NCBI RefSeq assembly: GCF_009834535.1
Contig: NC_045697.1
Location: 82,524,001-82,588,000, forward strand
Direction of reading: 5' to 3'
Source of the DNA: Camelus ferus
Lineage: Eukaryota
Length of the DNA stretch: 64,000 nt
This document shows positions 1 to 14,700 of the stretch, in pieces. Both the position numbers and the translations under genes were made by a program. The notes under the pieces are model-generated. The model was not told where the DNA came from. It made no database searches and worked only from the letters and a program-made list of their open reading frames with translations. Numbering within the stretch: the first letter of the stretch is position 1; each line of letters begins with the position of its first letter.

Positions 1-739
1 AAGGGAATGGCAGGGTGACACAGTCTTCAAAAGGCCTTAAGCATAACAATCAAATTCAAGAGTCTCTGGCACAAAATCCATGGATGAGATCCATCAAGAG
101 ACTCTACGATGGAATTAGAATTTCTGCTGTGATGCTGCAAACATTTTCAGTTGTCATGATTACCAAAGAGTATTTATACATCAGAAAAAAACTGTAGCAA
201 CTAGACATGATGTCTGAGCACTTGATACCACATTACTGAGGATGATTTTTATGCCATCGATTAAGACTCAGTAGCTCTCTAGGACTTTATGCCCATAACT
301 GAAGACAATGACCAGATATCAGACTCTTTATAAAGCTTCAGGATTATTTCTGTGTGTCAGTTTCACCCAACATTCCAATATGTCAGTCACGTTGGTTAGA
401 GTGATTCCTTTAGTTCAAATCTGTGTAGTGTTAATGATGATGCTCATAATATAATCCTTTTTTAATTCTAAAACTGACTCAATATTTCTGGTTGTTGCAT
501 AGCTCCCTCCCAAACACGACACTTTAGAAGTGTATATTCTCTTTAGACACCATAAATCCTATACCCTCCAAGAGAATATTCAATAGGGAGACAGGAAATG
601 AATGAACTATCCTGGTCAGCAAAGCTGTCAAGAAGAGAGAAATAGTAAAGTCAACAAATGTGATTTGAGACCTAAAAAGCTTCTCTTGGAAGCATTTCAT
701 GATTATTTCTTTCCTTTTTTTTCTATTATAGCTCTAAAT

Positions 740-872
740 GTTATATTCCTTGGGTTTTCAACTATTAGAGATAATCATTTCCATACCTACCTTGGCATAC
801 AGTGGTATTCTAATGAGATGGTACTTGTGAGAAGTATTTGAAAAGTAAAAAAACACTAGGAAATCCAAGGGT
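740..872 (+). mobile_element. Degenerate MIR SINE fragment (3' half)
   Basis: 'gagataatcatttccatacctacc...taatgagatggtacttgtgagaagtatttg' resembles the MIR core/3' region; heavily diverged. Confidence 0.4.
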
Positions 873-2556
873 TTTGTTTGTTTGTTTGTTTAAAGTTTTC
901 AGTAACAGTATGTCTAACACTAGTGCTTGGTAAATTTCAATGATGTTGCATTTGTTAGTCTCCTGCTATTTGATACTTCTTATTTTTTTAAATATTAGTG
1001 TTTTGTTTTTGAAAAAATTGGTGTTGCATAATTTGGCTACCATCTTACACTGTAGATAAAATTTGTCAATAGCTGAGAAGTAGAATGGGTAAGAGGGAAG
1101 TGTTTAGTTATTATGAAAATCTTCTGTAAATATACCATTCTTGTAGAATATATCAAATTTTGTTTGTTTTTGATCTTTCAAGTCACAATTGAGATTTCAT
1201 TATCTAGTCTGTCTTGGGACATTAAACATCGATGAAATTAAGACTAAATTTAAATGAAAAAAAATTTTGCACATCTTTGAAAAGTAGCAGAAACAATCTT
1301 TCACTGATGGATATAAAGGTGGATGGAATAATTTTGTGAATAAATGAAAGTGAAAGACTTATAGTAATTATCTAATTTCATTTGTATGTAAACTCACTAT
1401 TAAAATGTTTTTAATTTTTTAATTGATTTTTTTACTTGTTATACTTTTTAATACCCACAGTTCTAAATCGTCATCTTTGGACTGTTTCCTTCAGTGTTTC
1501 TAACCCTTCAGAGAAGTCTTTTGCCTGAATTAAAAGTGGGAAGTAACTGGCATTAAAAAAATAAACAAATAAAATAATAGATGTTAACATTGTGAAAAAT
1601 CATGTTTTTTCAGTGAAATGGATGGATTGTATCTTGGCCATCACCGAGGATACTAGAAATCATTTCCTCCCTGAGAAACATAGCATTTCAGTGTGTAGAA
1701 GAGCTATTTTGAAAATACTTTATATGATTCTAAATTATTCACAAAAACTTTGACTGACTTATGTCTGATATTTTGAATATTTGTTTTGATCACATGAGAA
1801 TATTAATTATTTCACATCAGATTCTACTTGATTGTTTTAGATTAATTGATTTTATATACATACACACATACACAACTAGCCTGAGAGATAAATTATCAAA
1901 TATATAGTAACAAGTGTTATTTTATTAACACTTTGAATAAAAACAGATGTTTTTAATCTAAACAATGCATTTGCTTTCCTTTCAAAAAAATTAACATTCA
2001 CAGTTCACACTACCTGATGTCTAAAGACTGCTTTTAAACACAGACATTAAAGGTTCAAGTGTCCAAAAGACAAAAGCTGACAACAGCATGGGCAACAGAG
2101 CATAAACTAAAGTCTGAAATCTGTTATGGTTAAAATGGCTCCTAAAAGCTTCTGCGATGATTTACGTGTCAATGTACACCTCTTGTTTTTTCACTCATCA
2201 TGGTAGACTAAGCCCACTTTTGGACTATTCTCTTACTTAGAAAACTTAGAATAAGTGTCCACTGATGCTTGAGGATGATTCTTTCTCTGAATATTATAGT
2301 GTTCTGAAAACATGAAAATCCGCAGAAATCATGCAAGAGTCTCAGCTGAGTTTAAACACGCTAAAACACCAAATAAAGACCACCAGCTTGTAGCTGACAG
2401 TCTCCTTACAACTCTGTTGACAGTTTCCAAAAGCAACCTTTCTACAATAAAATATATTTAAAATAAGTTAAGGAAGAATTTGAAAATTGTCCTATTGTCC
2501 GTCTGAAACTTATTTTGGGGTTTCAGTTATAAAGTACAAATAACTTTAAAATGCTC

Positions 2557-2602
2557 AACTAGTCAATTTTTGAGAATATAACTAGTCAATTTTTGAGAAT
2601 AT
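2557..2602. repeat. Perfect 23-bp tandem duplication (aactagtcaatttttgagaatat x2)
   Basis: Read directly: 2557-2579 equals 2580-2602. Confidence 0.95.
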
Positions 2603-2708
2603 TTTTTAAAATGCCACCTCAAATCCCTTTGAAATATTTCGTAAGTGCACAGATTATAGCCCTACTATGTCAAGTAAAACAAAATTTAAAGTTAATGATA
2701 TTAACTGA

Positions 2709-2737
2709 GATAGATAGATAGGTAGGTAGGTAGGTAG
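2709..2737. repeat. Compound (GATA)n(GGTA)n microsatellite
   Basis: gatagatagataggtaggtaggtaggtag. Confidence 0.85.
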
Positions 2738-2799
2738 AGCCAATTTGCCCACCCTGGGTGGGATCTTGGGCACAGATTTTGATATCTTTAAGAAATGCC

Positions 2800-2945
2800 T
2801 TGTAGTAACCTAAATGAAAAAGAATATGAGAAGGAATATATGTATGTATATGTCTGACTGAGACCCTATGCCGTACACCAGAAATGGGCACAACATTGTA
2901 AACTGACTATACGTCAACTAAAAAAGAAAAGATAAATTAAAAAAA
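2800..2945 (+). mobile_element. Short 5'-truncated L1 3' end (young, camelid-type) with A-rich tail
   Basis: 'tacaccagaaatgggcacaacattgtaaactgactatacgtcaa' plus A tail, matching the L1 termini near 21750 and 63070; candidate TSD aagaaatg(c/t)c at 2790-2799 and 2944-2953. Confidence 0.8.
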
Positions 2946-4854
2946 GAAATGTCAATGAATAACCACACCCACAGGACGAGATGATGTCACTGCATATGCC
3001 ACACTGAAAGTGCTGAGCCTGGGTACATGGGTCTTTTTCAAAGATAAGAAAATTGAAAAATACCCTGCGCTAAATCAGATAACCTGTGCCCTTGCCTAGT
3101 ACACTGCCTGTCAGGGATACAGTCCGCTCACCAACATACGGCAACACGATACAAAACACACTGGTCTGTCAGTGTTTTGCCTTCCTTCCTAAAGATTATA
3201 TAGAAAAGCTTGAATCATCTGACAGGTTTGAGAAGTCACATTTATAGTGTTATTATTTTGACTGGTACAGCAATGCTACTGGGTATAATTTCTCTTTATC
3301 ATTCTATTCATTTGTATTCTTAAAACATAGTACAGAATCTCCAAAATATTTTTTAAAATCATAGTAATATGAATGTAACAAAATTTTTTTCATTTCTGTA
3401 TAAAAATTATAGTAACAAATTTATCCAGTCACATACGTGTCATATAACAGTATTATCCAGATAATGAAGATAAATATAATTACTAATAATACTGCAATTA
3501 AATTCGGTGACTTCACAATATGCACTAAAACCATCTTACCTAATAATAAGTAATAAATGCTTCAATTATCATCTTTAAAAGCTGTTTAAAGTTAAATGTA
3601 AAATTTATAGATTTTTAAGTTTTAAAATAGAATAGAATGTAGAATATAAGCATCTGGGAGGACTGACTCTTCAAATTCAAAGTGACTTTAAACAATTTTT
3701 TTTGTTTTTACAGGATATATAACTCACACTTAATCAGACATAGAGATGTCTTCTGTTTTTTTTCCAAATGAAAGAATGGTTAATTAGAAAGGAAAGGGAA
3801 AGGCGTTCACGTATTTCAAGACCGTGACTTGATCAATTCCTTACTACTTCTTGTACTTTTGCTCTTTCTTCCTGACTCATCTTTCAGCTTTTCAAGTCCT
3901 CTTCCTGGTAACAATACCCTGTGCCAGCAAGAACCCTTGAAATGTCCGATTCCTGCAGTGTGTCTCAGTGGTTAGCGGTGGTGCAATTACATTTACATCT
4001 GCAAATGGGCAGAAAGTTTGGTGGGTTTTAATGCAGGTCAACATCATACTTTTGGGAAGACTTTATTTTGATGAAAATTGAATCATAATCATATCTTCCA
4101 AAAACCCAGCAAATAGTGTTTAATATGCTTACAAATAATAAAATGCAGGTGTTTTAAGAAAGTTATGATTTGGAATCTAGATTTATTCATAGTGTTTGTT
4201 GCAGATTTTTCCTACTAGAATCATAGACTTATTAGTAATATTGATAAGGCTGCTTATTCTAATGGTGTAGACCTTAATTATTTCCTCTTATTCCTGGGCA
4301 TAGCTTGGCTTCCACCAGTCTTTTTTTTTCATCTTCATTCTGCTTCATCAAGGCCTGAGTTATTGACTATTTTTCTTTCTTATGAGAACAGATACTACTT
4401 TGGCAGAGGAGAGGGAACAAGGGAATTTCATTTTGTTCTTTAGTGACTTGGGAAAAAATGAGAAAGAGCAGATATTAGAACAACAGCCAAAATATTACGT
4501 ATCATTTCTGGTGTCCTGAAGGCAACAATTTGGTAAATACAGAGCAAAACTAAGAAAATGTAGGCCTCATCAAGTGATGAGTGAGAAGAACTTGACAGCA
4601 AAACTCAACCAAAGCCTTCTCCTAATTAGCCATTTATTCACAGAGTCTACATTACAGACAACTGAAACAGATTTTCTGGTTTCCTAACAAATTGAAAGCA
4701 AGTAACCTTCACTTTCCTTTATTTGCTTTTCTCTATTTAATATTTTTCTACTAGATAGCACTAAGGTTAGACTTGATCTGGCTGACAGTTGCAATATAGA
4801 TCAAGATTGGTACAGATTGTTAAATTCTGAGACTACTGTGTTTTTTCCCTCCTG

Positions 4855-5085
4855 TTTAAGGAGGTATAAGGCACAATACAATAAAAGTCACTGTTCTAAA
4901 GGCTTTAGTATACTCACAAAGTTGTACAACCATCACTACCCTCTGATAAAGAAAAATATCAACCCCCCCCCCCAAATACCCTGTACCCATTAACAGTAAC
5001 TCTCCGTTTTTGCCTCCAGGAAACATTCTTGCCCCAACCCCTGGAAACTACTAATCTACTTTCTGTCTACTGAATTTACTTGGGA
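4855..5085 (-). mobile_element. Old L1 (L1MB/MC-like) 3' UTR fragment
   Basis: 'tactcacaaagttgtacaaccatcactac...ctgtacccattaacagtaactc...ctggaaactactaatctactttctgtct' is the typical antisense L1M 3' end. Confidence 0.75.
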
Positions 5086-6111
5086 ATGTTTAAAATACAT
5101 GTTATTAGATACTGATGTCTAGATTATAGGATTAGATTCATCTAAGTTTATAGGAGATGCATGATTTTTGCAGTAGAGTTACTAAACATTCCATTGGAAA
5201 ATGAACAAAAGATGGTCAGGATCTAACCCTTTCACTACAGCTCTATGGAGGAAAAGCATGTGTCCTTTAACTGGAGACCTCAGGAACGTAGAATGATGAG
5301 TCTGTGGTCTTACGCCAAATAAATATATTTTTCATTTGAACAAATGGGACGATCAGCATGCTGAGAGGGCAAGAGAACAAGTACAGTGGAGAACAGATAT
5401 ATTTGATCCGGCCAAAGGTTAATAGTTACGAACACTGACTTTCCTGGGTGAGTTTTACACTATCAATTTTTTATATAACAAAGAAATAAAAGCAGATAAG
5501 ACAAAAATTTATAAGGATATGCAAAAGCTAAGTATTTGAAGGAGTTGAAGCTAAAGATACAAAGGAGATTGAAGAGCTGAATTGTGGTTCTAGGTTGGGT
5601 ATAGAAAGTACAAAGTAAGGTGTTTGTCAATAGTATTGAAAATAATGAGATCAGAGGTCTGACTCCTTAGGGTGTATACATTTAGATGTAATGGAAATAA
5701 AGGAAAGATAATTATTATAGTTAATATGGTTGACACATAATAATATGCTAGATTTTAAAGATGCTTCAAGTTGCATTTAAGGCTTGAATACATCTGGGCT
5801 GAGGTGGAGTTCACATGAGATTCTTAAAAATTCAAGGCAAGTTCAGTCTGACAAACAAAAATGACTCAAATCTTGGAAATAAGCAAAAAGAGATTATTGA
5901 TTTTCATGACATGCTGAGCTTAACTTTTCATTGTCTGAACCATGGCAACAATAATTGGGAAATTGCTTCTGTGGCCTGATTTTGGTGATTTCTGTCAGAT
6001 GGTTCTATTCTCTACTGAGTGAGAAATGACAGAGAATCTGGTTTATTAGTTTTTTGTTTTTGTTTTTGTTTTCATTTGTTTTGCTTATCTACTAGTGAGA
6101 GTCAGTTATGT

Positions 6112-7617
6112 TATAAAAGCTAAAATAATCAAAGCTGTATAATACTGGCACAAAAACAGACACAAAGATCAATGGAATAGAAAATAGAGCCCAGAAATAA
6201 GCCCACAAACTTATTATGACTTATTATGGTCAATTAATCTACAACAAAGGAAGCAAGAATATACAATGGAGAAAAGATAGTCACTTCAATAAGTGGTGCT
6301 GGAAAAACTGGGCAGCTACCCGTAAAACAATGAAATTAGAACATTCTCTAACACCATATAAAATAAAAGCAAAATGGACTAAAGACCTAAATGTAAGACT
6401 AGACACCATAAAACTCCTAGAGGAAAACAAACATAGGTTGAACACCCTTTGACATAAATCTTACCAATATGGGGTTTTTTTTGGATCTATCTCATAAAGC
6501 AAAGAAAAGCAAAGCAAAAATAAACAAATGGGATCTAATTAAGCTTAAAAAGCTTTTGCTCAGCAAAGGAAACCATTCACAAAATGAAAGGACAACCTAC
6601 TGAATGGGAGAAAATATTTGCAAACGATATGACTGATAATGGGTTAATCCCCAACATACATAAATGGCTCATACAACTCAACATCCAAAAAACCAACCAA
6701 ACAAAATCCAACCTGATTAAAAAATGAGAAGACCTGAACCTAGATATTTTTCCAAAGAGAACATGCAGATAACCAACAGGTACACAAAAAGATGCTCAAC
6801 GTCACTAATCATCATGCAAATCAAAACCACATTGAGGTATTACCTCACATCTGTCAGAATAGCTATCACCAAAAAGAATACAAATAACAAATGTTGGTGA
6901 GGATGTGGAAGAAAGGGGCTTTCGTACACTGTTGGTGGGAATGTAAACTGGTGCAGCCACTATGAAAAATAGTACGGAGCTTTCTCAAAAAAACTAAAAA
7001 TAGAACTACCTTATGACCTAGCAATGCTACTCCTGGGCGTGCATCCAGAGGGAACTTTAATTCAAAAAGATACATGCACCCCAATGTTCATAGCTGCATT
7101 ATTTACAGTTGCCAAAATATGGAAGCACTTAAGTGTCATTCAACAGATGAATGGATAAAGAAGATGGGACTGTGTATACAGTGGAATGGTACTCAGTCAC
7201 AAAGATAAATTTTGTCATGTGCTACAATATGGATGAACTAGGGGGGTATTATGCTAAGTGAAATGAGTCAGACAGGGCAAGATAAATGCTGAGTGATATC
7301 ACTTATTGTGTGGAATCCAAAACCTACAAAAACTAGTGAATATAACAAAAATGAACCAGACTCACATATACAGAGAACAAGCTAGTGGTTGCCAGTGGGG
7401 AGAAGCAATGTAGGGGTAATGGATTAGAAGTCCAAACCATTATGTATAAAAGAAGCTACAAGGATATACTGTACAACACAGTGAATGTAATCAATATTTT
7501 ATATAACTATAAATGGCGTATAACCTTTATTGTGAATCACTGTATTGTACACCTGCAACTTATATAAAATTGTATCTCAACTATACTTCAATTAAAATAA
7601 GTAAAAGGGAAAAAAAT
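6112..7617 (+). mobile_element. 5'-truncated LINE-1 (ORF2 C-terminal part and 3' UTR), cetartiodactyl-type
   Basis: ORF 6216-6452 ([29 protein letters not shown]...TPYK) is L1 ORF2-like; ends 'ctatacttcaattaaaa' plus A-rich tail; frameshifted. Confidence 0.95.
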
Positions 7618-9959
7618 CATCCACACTAGAATAGCTCTTTAATATCTGAACTTATGGAATTTTTTTGATCATGGCTAGAGTTGTAGAAGTAAAGCTACAA
7701 GTCCTCCAAGTGTGTGTCTGTAATTCAGAAAAGCCTTGACCTCTCATGTTCCTAGAGTGAAATGCTTTCTTGACCCTATAAAACATTAAAAAATTAGAGT
7801 ATAAAGTTTCTTAAATTAAGGGAGCTCAGTTCTGAGTGGGATACACTGATAACTCACTGCCTGAGTAACATAACATCCCACAAATTTAAAGAACAAAAAA
7901 ACCAAACTTCTGATACTTTAAAATTACTAAAATTTTTTCTATGGACTTCTTAGAAAATTTTAAGAATCTCAGTTTATATATTTAAAGTGAATCTTTGAAC
8001 AAATCAGATTTGATAGATTTGATTCAACAAAGAAAAGCTATATAAAAGTGAATACTGAAGTATTGATAATTAAACCAAATTTTAAGTATATATACCATTA
8101 CTTCTTTTAAAAAAAAATGCTGCGGAGTGGCTGTATCTTTTGGTTATTTTATGTATTTATTTTACCATTTTAAGATATAAATAGGATGTATGCTGTTGCT
8201 GAAAATTGTGTTATATGATTTTATGAGCTTTGTTCATCTGCTAAATGTCTGTGTGTGAAAGTTCTCAACTATTTACTTCTTGTACTTTTTATGAAATAAA
8301 AGCTAGCCACTTTAGTTAAAAGTTGAAATTAATATGGGTTTTTGAGGCTATGTTGAAGCTATGTTGGAGCAAGACTGACAGAAAATACAAACTGTATGTG
8401 CAAAGTAATAGAAAGGGTTTGGTTTTTCAAAACAGGTTGGCAAGTATTGCTTCTCAGGCACCCATAATACCGTCTTAAACAAATGCCCAGCTTCCCTTTG
8501 ACAACTCTTGATTCTGCCTTCTCATAATCAAGTCCTAAATTTATAAGAAATAAAATAAAAACCTCAGGTATTTTTCATGCTTAAGATGTCTTAAAATTTC
8601 CCAGAGGGCACTAGAAAAATCATGGAGATTTGATATTTATTAAGACAGAGATGTAGAAATAACTGTTTGGTAGCTCTTTATTTCTTAAATTTCAACATGA
8701 TAGATAAAGTGCTATTATTGTAATTAAATATTTCAGAAATTTTTCATTTTATGATAAGGCCCTGAAAATTTTCCAGTGCCTTTGATGTCCATGATATGTT
8801 TTTGTCCTCAAAAAAAAAAACAATGATCAATCTCTTATCAAATGGTTATGTACTATACCCCAATAGAGAATTTTACCCTTTCTACTCTGATATTATTATT
8901 TACTGTAATAAATAATCCACAGTCAATATTGCCAGTGGTGAAGGGGAGTTCTCTAGTCATGGACATGAACATGTTTTTAAAATCTCATCTTTCCATCATC
9001 TGTCTTCCTGGACAGAAATTATTTACAAGACTGGTAGAATTTTAAAAATATCTATGTAAACTTATTTCAGTTAATTAACATTACATTCACTTTACAAATG
9101 CTACTTTAGAGAAGTCATCATTAACGTGTTGGTTAGATTTGGAAACTACTACTCTTTTAATCTATGTTATGTTACATATATATGAAAACTTCAGTTATAT
9201 TCTTAGATTATTGATTTGTCAAAAAAAAATCTTAAGACTGAGACTACTTCAGAGCTGGATATAAATAAAGATTCTTAATTTTCTTTATTGCATACCGTTG
9301 CTCCCTACATTAATTAAATTTTAAAGTAATATTCAGTTTACTTTTAAAAACATGTTTTTTAAAAATATAATATTCTTCCAATTTGGAAAGGCAAGTTATA
9401 ATTTAGGTTTGTAATAGCATTAAACTTATCTTCTGCTTTACTTCTTTTCACAACCTCAACAGCTAAAACTTTGATAAACTCTGTATGCTTTTAGAGAAAT
9501 CATTTTGCTCTCTCTAGGATTGTAAATAATGGATTAGAAATGTAAAATGCGTTCCAAAAAGCCAGTACTGCCGTGTTTAACACTGTCAGTTATAATGATG
9601 ATGAAATAGGACTTAGTGTGAAAGGAACACTGGGGAGCCTGCTGCTGTGCAATGTGAATTTGAATGAATTTGCATCAGCTGCTTCATTTTTAAATACAAA
9701 TACATACCAAATACCCATATCTCAGAACGATAGCGAAGCATGACATTTTGGTTTGATACTATTTTGATACCCCTAAATATAGATGGATATTAAAAGGTTA
9801 ACTTAGATAACGTATGTCATTGCTTGGCCATATTCTAGTGCTGTTTGTAACACTATTCAAACGAAAGCAGGACCAGCTCTATTAATTTCAGACAGAGCAG
9901 AGTTCAAGGCAAGGACAGGCACCAAGCATGAAGGCACCACGTAACGGTGAAGCGGTCTG

Positions 9960-10230
9960 GTCTGTGTCTTCCTAGAGCCCGCAGCACTTCATCAGTCACA
10001 GTTCAGGACTGTCTGCTCGGGCACTTGTTCCCTTCCGGGTTTCCACTCATAAATCTCCTCAGGTAGTCACTGTATTACCTTATCATTCTCTCTAGTCCCC
10101 AGAGCAGTGCTATGCCGTGTGTCCTCTCCTCTCTTACAGACCCAAGAAGAGCTGTTGATTTTTCCGTCTGTTTAGCTCTTTCCTCGCTGTTACTACATAG
10201 CTGTGACTTACAAGCTCCTATTTACAGAGC
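9960..10230 (-). mobile_element. Ancient L1M 5'-end fragment
   Basis: 'cccaagaagagctgttgatttttccgtctgtttagctct...gtgacttacaagctcc' is the reverse-complement homologue of the L1 5' end at 61590-61710. Confidence 0.55.
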
Positions 10231-11449
10231 CTAGACTTACGATTTTGAATTGCGGTTTTTAACTGTTAAATCCAAATCAATGACTGACTGAACATCTTTT
10301 GAAAAAAAATGTGCTTCACTCATTTCTACCTGATGGAGAAAGTTTAACTTCAACTATTTCATGAATTTGAATGATGCCTTCGGTAACCAAACAAAACCAC
10401 TGCCTTCAAAAAAACAGTTAACAATTTGATGTTTGGTGATGCTACTTTGCAATAACCACTAAGAAACTTAGCTTAGAAAATAAATAAGATTAATATAAGA
10501 AAATACTATACTGATTTTCCCTCAAGATAAAAAATTTCTTTTTTTTATCTCAAAGATTACGGTAACAGGAAAGTATTCAAATTTGTCACCTACTTCAAAG
10601 ATGTGAGCAAGGTGGTTGCTCAATAAATATTACTGATATCTATATTTACACCACCATTAATTGTTATTTTGGTAATTTTTATATATTTTCCATAGATTGC
10701 TTTCAGAATATAGATAATTATTTGAATTGAGTACTAATGAACTTCTAAATGAGATTTAAAAATATCTACAAGTCTGCAATATACATACTGGAGATTACTT
10801 TTCCTGATTCTTTTTTTGACACCTAAAATATTAAACTGAGTATAGTTTTAATATAAATATAAATTTGGACACTGTAAAATTTAACTCTATTTTCTTGTCT
10901 CAGAAAAAATTGGTATCTATTGTACTTAGTGCCAGTAATGTTATGATCAGAATATCTTTAGTCATATTGGCAAGAGCATAAAAGCCAAGTGTAATGGGTT
11001 GAGAAGTATCAGAATAGGAAATAGATAAGTAGATAGAATTTAGACAAGGTAGATGTTTAGCAGTGGGAAAAAAACATGGTGAGTGAAAGGCCATGGGTAG
11101 CTAAAATATTTAGGTTTTTTGTTGTTGTTGTTATTTTTGGTGTGTGTGTTAGATTCTTTTCATACTAGATATACTTATGTTTATATTTTGATGGGAGGAA
11201 TCCAAGTATGGTAGAATTGAAGTTAATAAGAAAGCAATGATAATCAATATGTGTAGGTCAATGATACAGGGTTATGAGGTAATGATTTAGAGAATTATAA
11301 CTGAAGAGAAGATAATTACCTGAAAAGTAGCATCCACTGTTAAGCCTCCCTTAATTCCTCAAATGAGAATCTTTTCTACCTTCAGTACACTCTCATATGT
11401 TGTTTATTAATGATCATATTCATTATAAATGGATTTACTCCCCTTATAC

Positions 11450-11680
11450 TAAGGACAAAATAAAAAATATCTCATAATAAAGGTCTAAAATCACTACTGC
11501 ACAAGCTGAAGTAAAACAGCAAATAATATAAATGCCTGCTTGAACAAAAACTGAATCTGCCCTGAGCAAGTTCACAGAATTAAGAATATCTACAACATAT
11601 CATCCACAATGTTCAGTACATAATGTTTTAAATACGCAAGAAATGTGAAGAAACAGAAAATGTGACCCAAAGTCAATTTA
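11450..11680 (+). mobile_element. Ancient L1ME/L1M5-type 5'-region fragment
   Basis: 'tacaacatatcatccacaatgttcag...gaagaaacagaaaatgtgacccaaagtcaa' resembles the L1M pre-ORF1 region. Confidence 0.5.
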
Positions 11681-11789
11681 AAAGTGGGTGATGGTTATGA
11701 CTAGGGATTTTGGTTGGCAAACAACCAACCAAAACAAACAAAAACCTTTGGATGCTTACCCTTGGATCTCAGCCATCATGCCAGAGGTG

Positions 11790-14700
11790 AAGATAGCAAA
11801 TGTGGAGAAGCGTCATCAGCATCATGGAACCATGAACCTTTCCTTTTTTCCTCTTTGATTTACAACTAGCTAGACATCCATACCAAACAAAAGTGCTTCA
11901 ACACATTATACCAGGTAATCTGGGAGATTTCTACCCACCTGTGCATCTGAGGGTGGGTGGATAAGATCTCAGAGGGGGCTGTGATCCAAGAGAGTCAGTT
12001 AACCAGCCCCACCCCTACTTGCTGCAATCAGGAAAAAGGGAACTTGAAGAGTGCACAACAGGGTGGTGGGCGGCCACAGGAGATAATCTGTGGATGTCCA
12101 GTATGCCTGCAGGGAGAATCCAGACACCAGGGAGTGGGATAGAGATGAGTTTAGAGGCAGAGGGCAGGGAGGAACACACCAAGGTGGCTTCCCTCCCAAG
12201 AGAGATACTGCCAAGTGCTTAGTTTGTGGTGGCTGCAGTGGCTATGTTTCCGGCAGCGGAGGAGGAAAGTAGAAATGGCAAGCGACAGGCTGCCTGGCTG
12301 TGTGGACTGCAGTTGGAGACATCTGTTTCTTTTTCTTTTTTTAGCAGCACTCTTGTTTCTGAGGAGGGAGATCAATGATTAGGGTGAGGGAGGGGAAAGA
12401 GAAGGAGGCAGACAGGAATATCAAAGGGCACTGAAGAAACACATTTCCTGTTCTTGCTTTGGGATGTCAGCAGTGGGTCTCCCCACGGAGCTCTGGGAAC
12501 CCCCCCACTCCAGGAACCCCCTATCATGCCCATAAGCACACAGAAAGCTCCAGGTGTTAAGCCTACACCCCCCTCCACTCCGCTGCCAGTTCCTTGTGCT
12601 CACTCCTGAGCGAAGCCACGAGAACCAGCCCCACAGAGAAAACCAAAAGCCAGGGCCGTAGCACCACCTTCTGGAGTACAAAAGAAAGGTTTCTAATTGC
12701 CAGCCTGTTGAGCTTTAAGACCTAAAGAAAACAAATCCTTAACTAAACCGTGGAAGGTGTCCACTATTTCAAACATAAAAGCAGAAGTGTATATTGGCAA
12801 ATGCTATGAAAATACAAGGAAATGTGATATCACAAAAATAAAATGATAATTTTCAGGCAAACAAACTGAAAGGCATGGAATATTGTGATCTAACTAGTAA
12901 AGATTTCAAAATAACTGTTATGAAGAAGTTAATTTAGCTAGAAGAAAACTCAAAAAGGCAATTAAATGCATTCAGGAATAAAATTAATGAACATAAGTAG
13001 TTCTTTGCCAAACATTGAAATTATAAAAAGAGTCAAATAGAAATTCTATAACTGAAGAGTTCAATGAATGAGATTAAGAATGCATTGAAGAAATTAAGAA
13101 ATAGGGCAGATCAAATGGAAGAATAAAAGATTTAGGACAGGAATTTAGAAAAGATTCAGTTACAAGAAGAGAGAGAACTAAGGTATTTTAAAAATCAAGA
13201 AACCATATGAGAGCAATCAGAATCAATCACAAAAGCAAATATAAGAATAATGTGCATACCAGAAGGAGGAGAAAGAGTGATGGGGCCAGAAAGTTTATTT
13301 AAAGAAATAATGGCTGAGAATTCCCAATACTGGGAAAAGAATTGGACATACAAGTCTATGAAGCTATTAGGACACTCTGTTATCTCAATGCAAAACAACC
13401 TTGTTGAAGACACATTATAAAAAAAACTGTCAAAGATCAATCATAAAGAATCTTAAAGGTGACCAGGGGAAAAAAGAAAGTAACTTACAAAGAAATCTCC
13501 ACTAGCCTATCACCAGATTTCTCAGCAGAAACTCAATAAGCCAGAAGAGAATGGGATTACATACTTAAAATGTTAAAAGATAAAAACAGCCAGCTAAGAA
13601 TGTTTTGTCTGGCAAAGTTATCCTTCAGGCATAAAGGAGAAATAAAGGCTTTCTCAGACAAACAAAAGCTGAGGGAGTTCATCACCAGACTGCCTTGCAA
13701 GAAATGCTGAAAGGAGTTCTTCAAGCTGAAATGAAAAGATGCTGTAGTGCATAAAAGCATGAAAGTACACAACACTGTAGTAAATGTAAAAAATAGACAT
13801 TCAGAATTTACAAACTGTAACTCTGTGTTAGAATGTTAATTACAGTATCAAGGTTAAAGAAAAAAGCATTAAAACTATAGCTACCATACTTGTTAACAAA
13901 TTCATAGCATAAAAAGAGCTAAATTGTGACATTAAAATATAAAGAGAGTAAAAAGGGTGTAACCTTTCTAGGTAAATAAAGATAAGTTGCTATCAGAATA
14001 AAATGGACTATATTGTTTATGAGATGTTTTATGTTAAGTAAGTCTTATGGTAATCACAAAGCAAAAATCTAGAGTAAATTTACAAAACATAAAAAAGAGA
14101 GAAATTGATTATATCGCCATAGAAAACCACCAATGTATGAAGGTAGTAGGAACAGAGGGAAAAATAATAGAGATAGAAAAGAAATAAAAGGCAAATGATA
14201 AGATAGCAATAGTAAGTCCTTATGTATCCATAATAACTCTAAACGTAAATGAACTGAATTCACCAATCAAAAGACTGGAAGGAGTGTATAGATTAAAAAA
14301 ATAAGATTCAACTATATGCTGCTTATAGGATACTAATTTTAGCTCTAAGACACATAGGCTCAGAGCAAAGAAATGGAAAAAGAAGCCAAAGAAAGCGTGG
14401 ACATCCATACTTACCTCAGACAAAATAGACTTCAAGCCAAAAACAGTGATAAGAAACAAAGAAGATTGTTACATAACAATAAAGGGGTCAATACATCAAG
14501 AAGATACAACAGTCATAAATATATATATGCCCCAATATCAAAGCACCAAAATATACTAAGCTAATGCTAACAGTTCTAAAGGGAGAAATAGACACCAATA
14601 GAATAGTAGTAGGGGAGTTCAATAATCTACTATTAGCAATGGGTAGATCATCCAGACAGAAGATCAACAAGGAAACGATGGAATTGAACTACACTTTAGA

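Noticed and set aside
1..350. Possible old LTR or pseudogene fragment at the window start
   Set aside because: Only vague LTR-like words; I could not assign a family or reading frame
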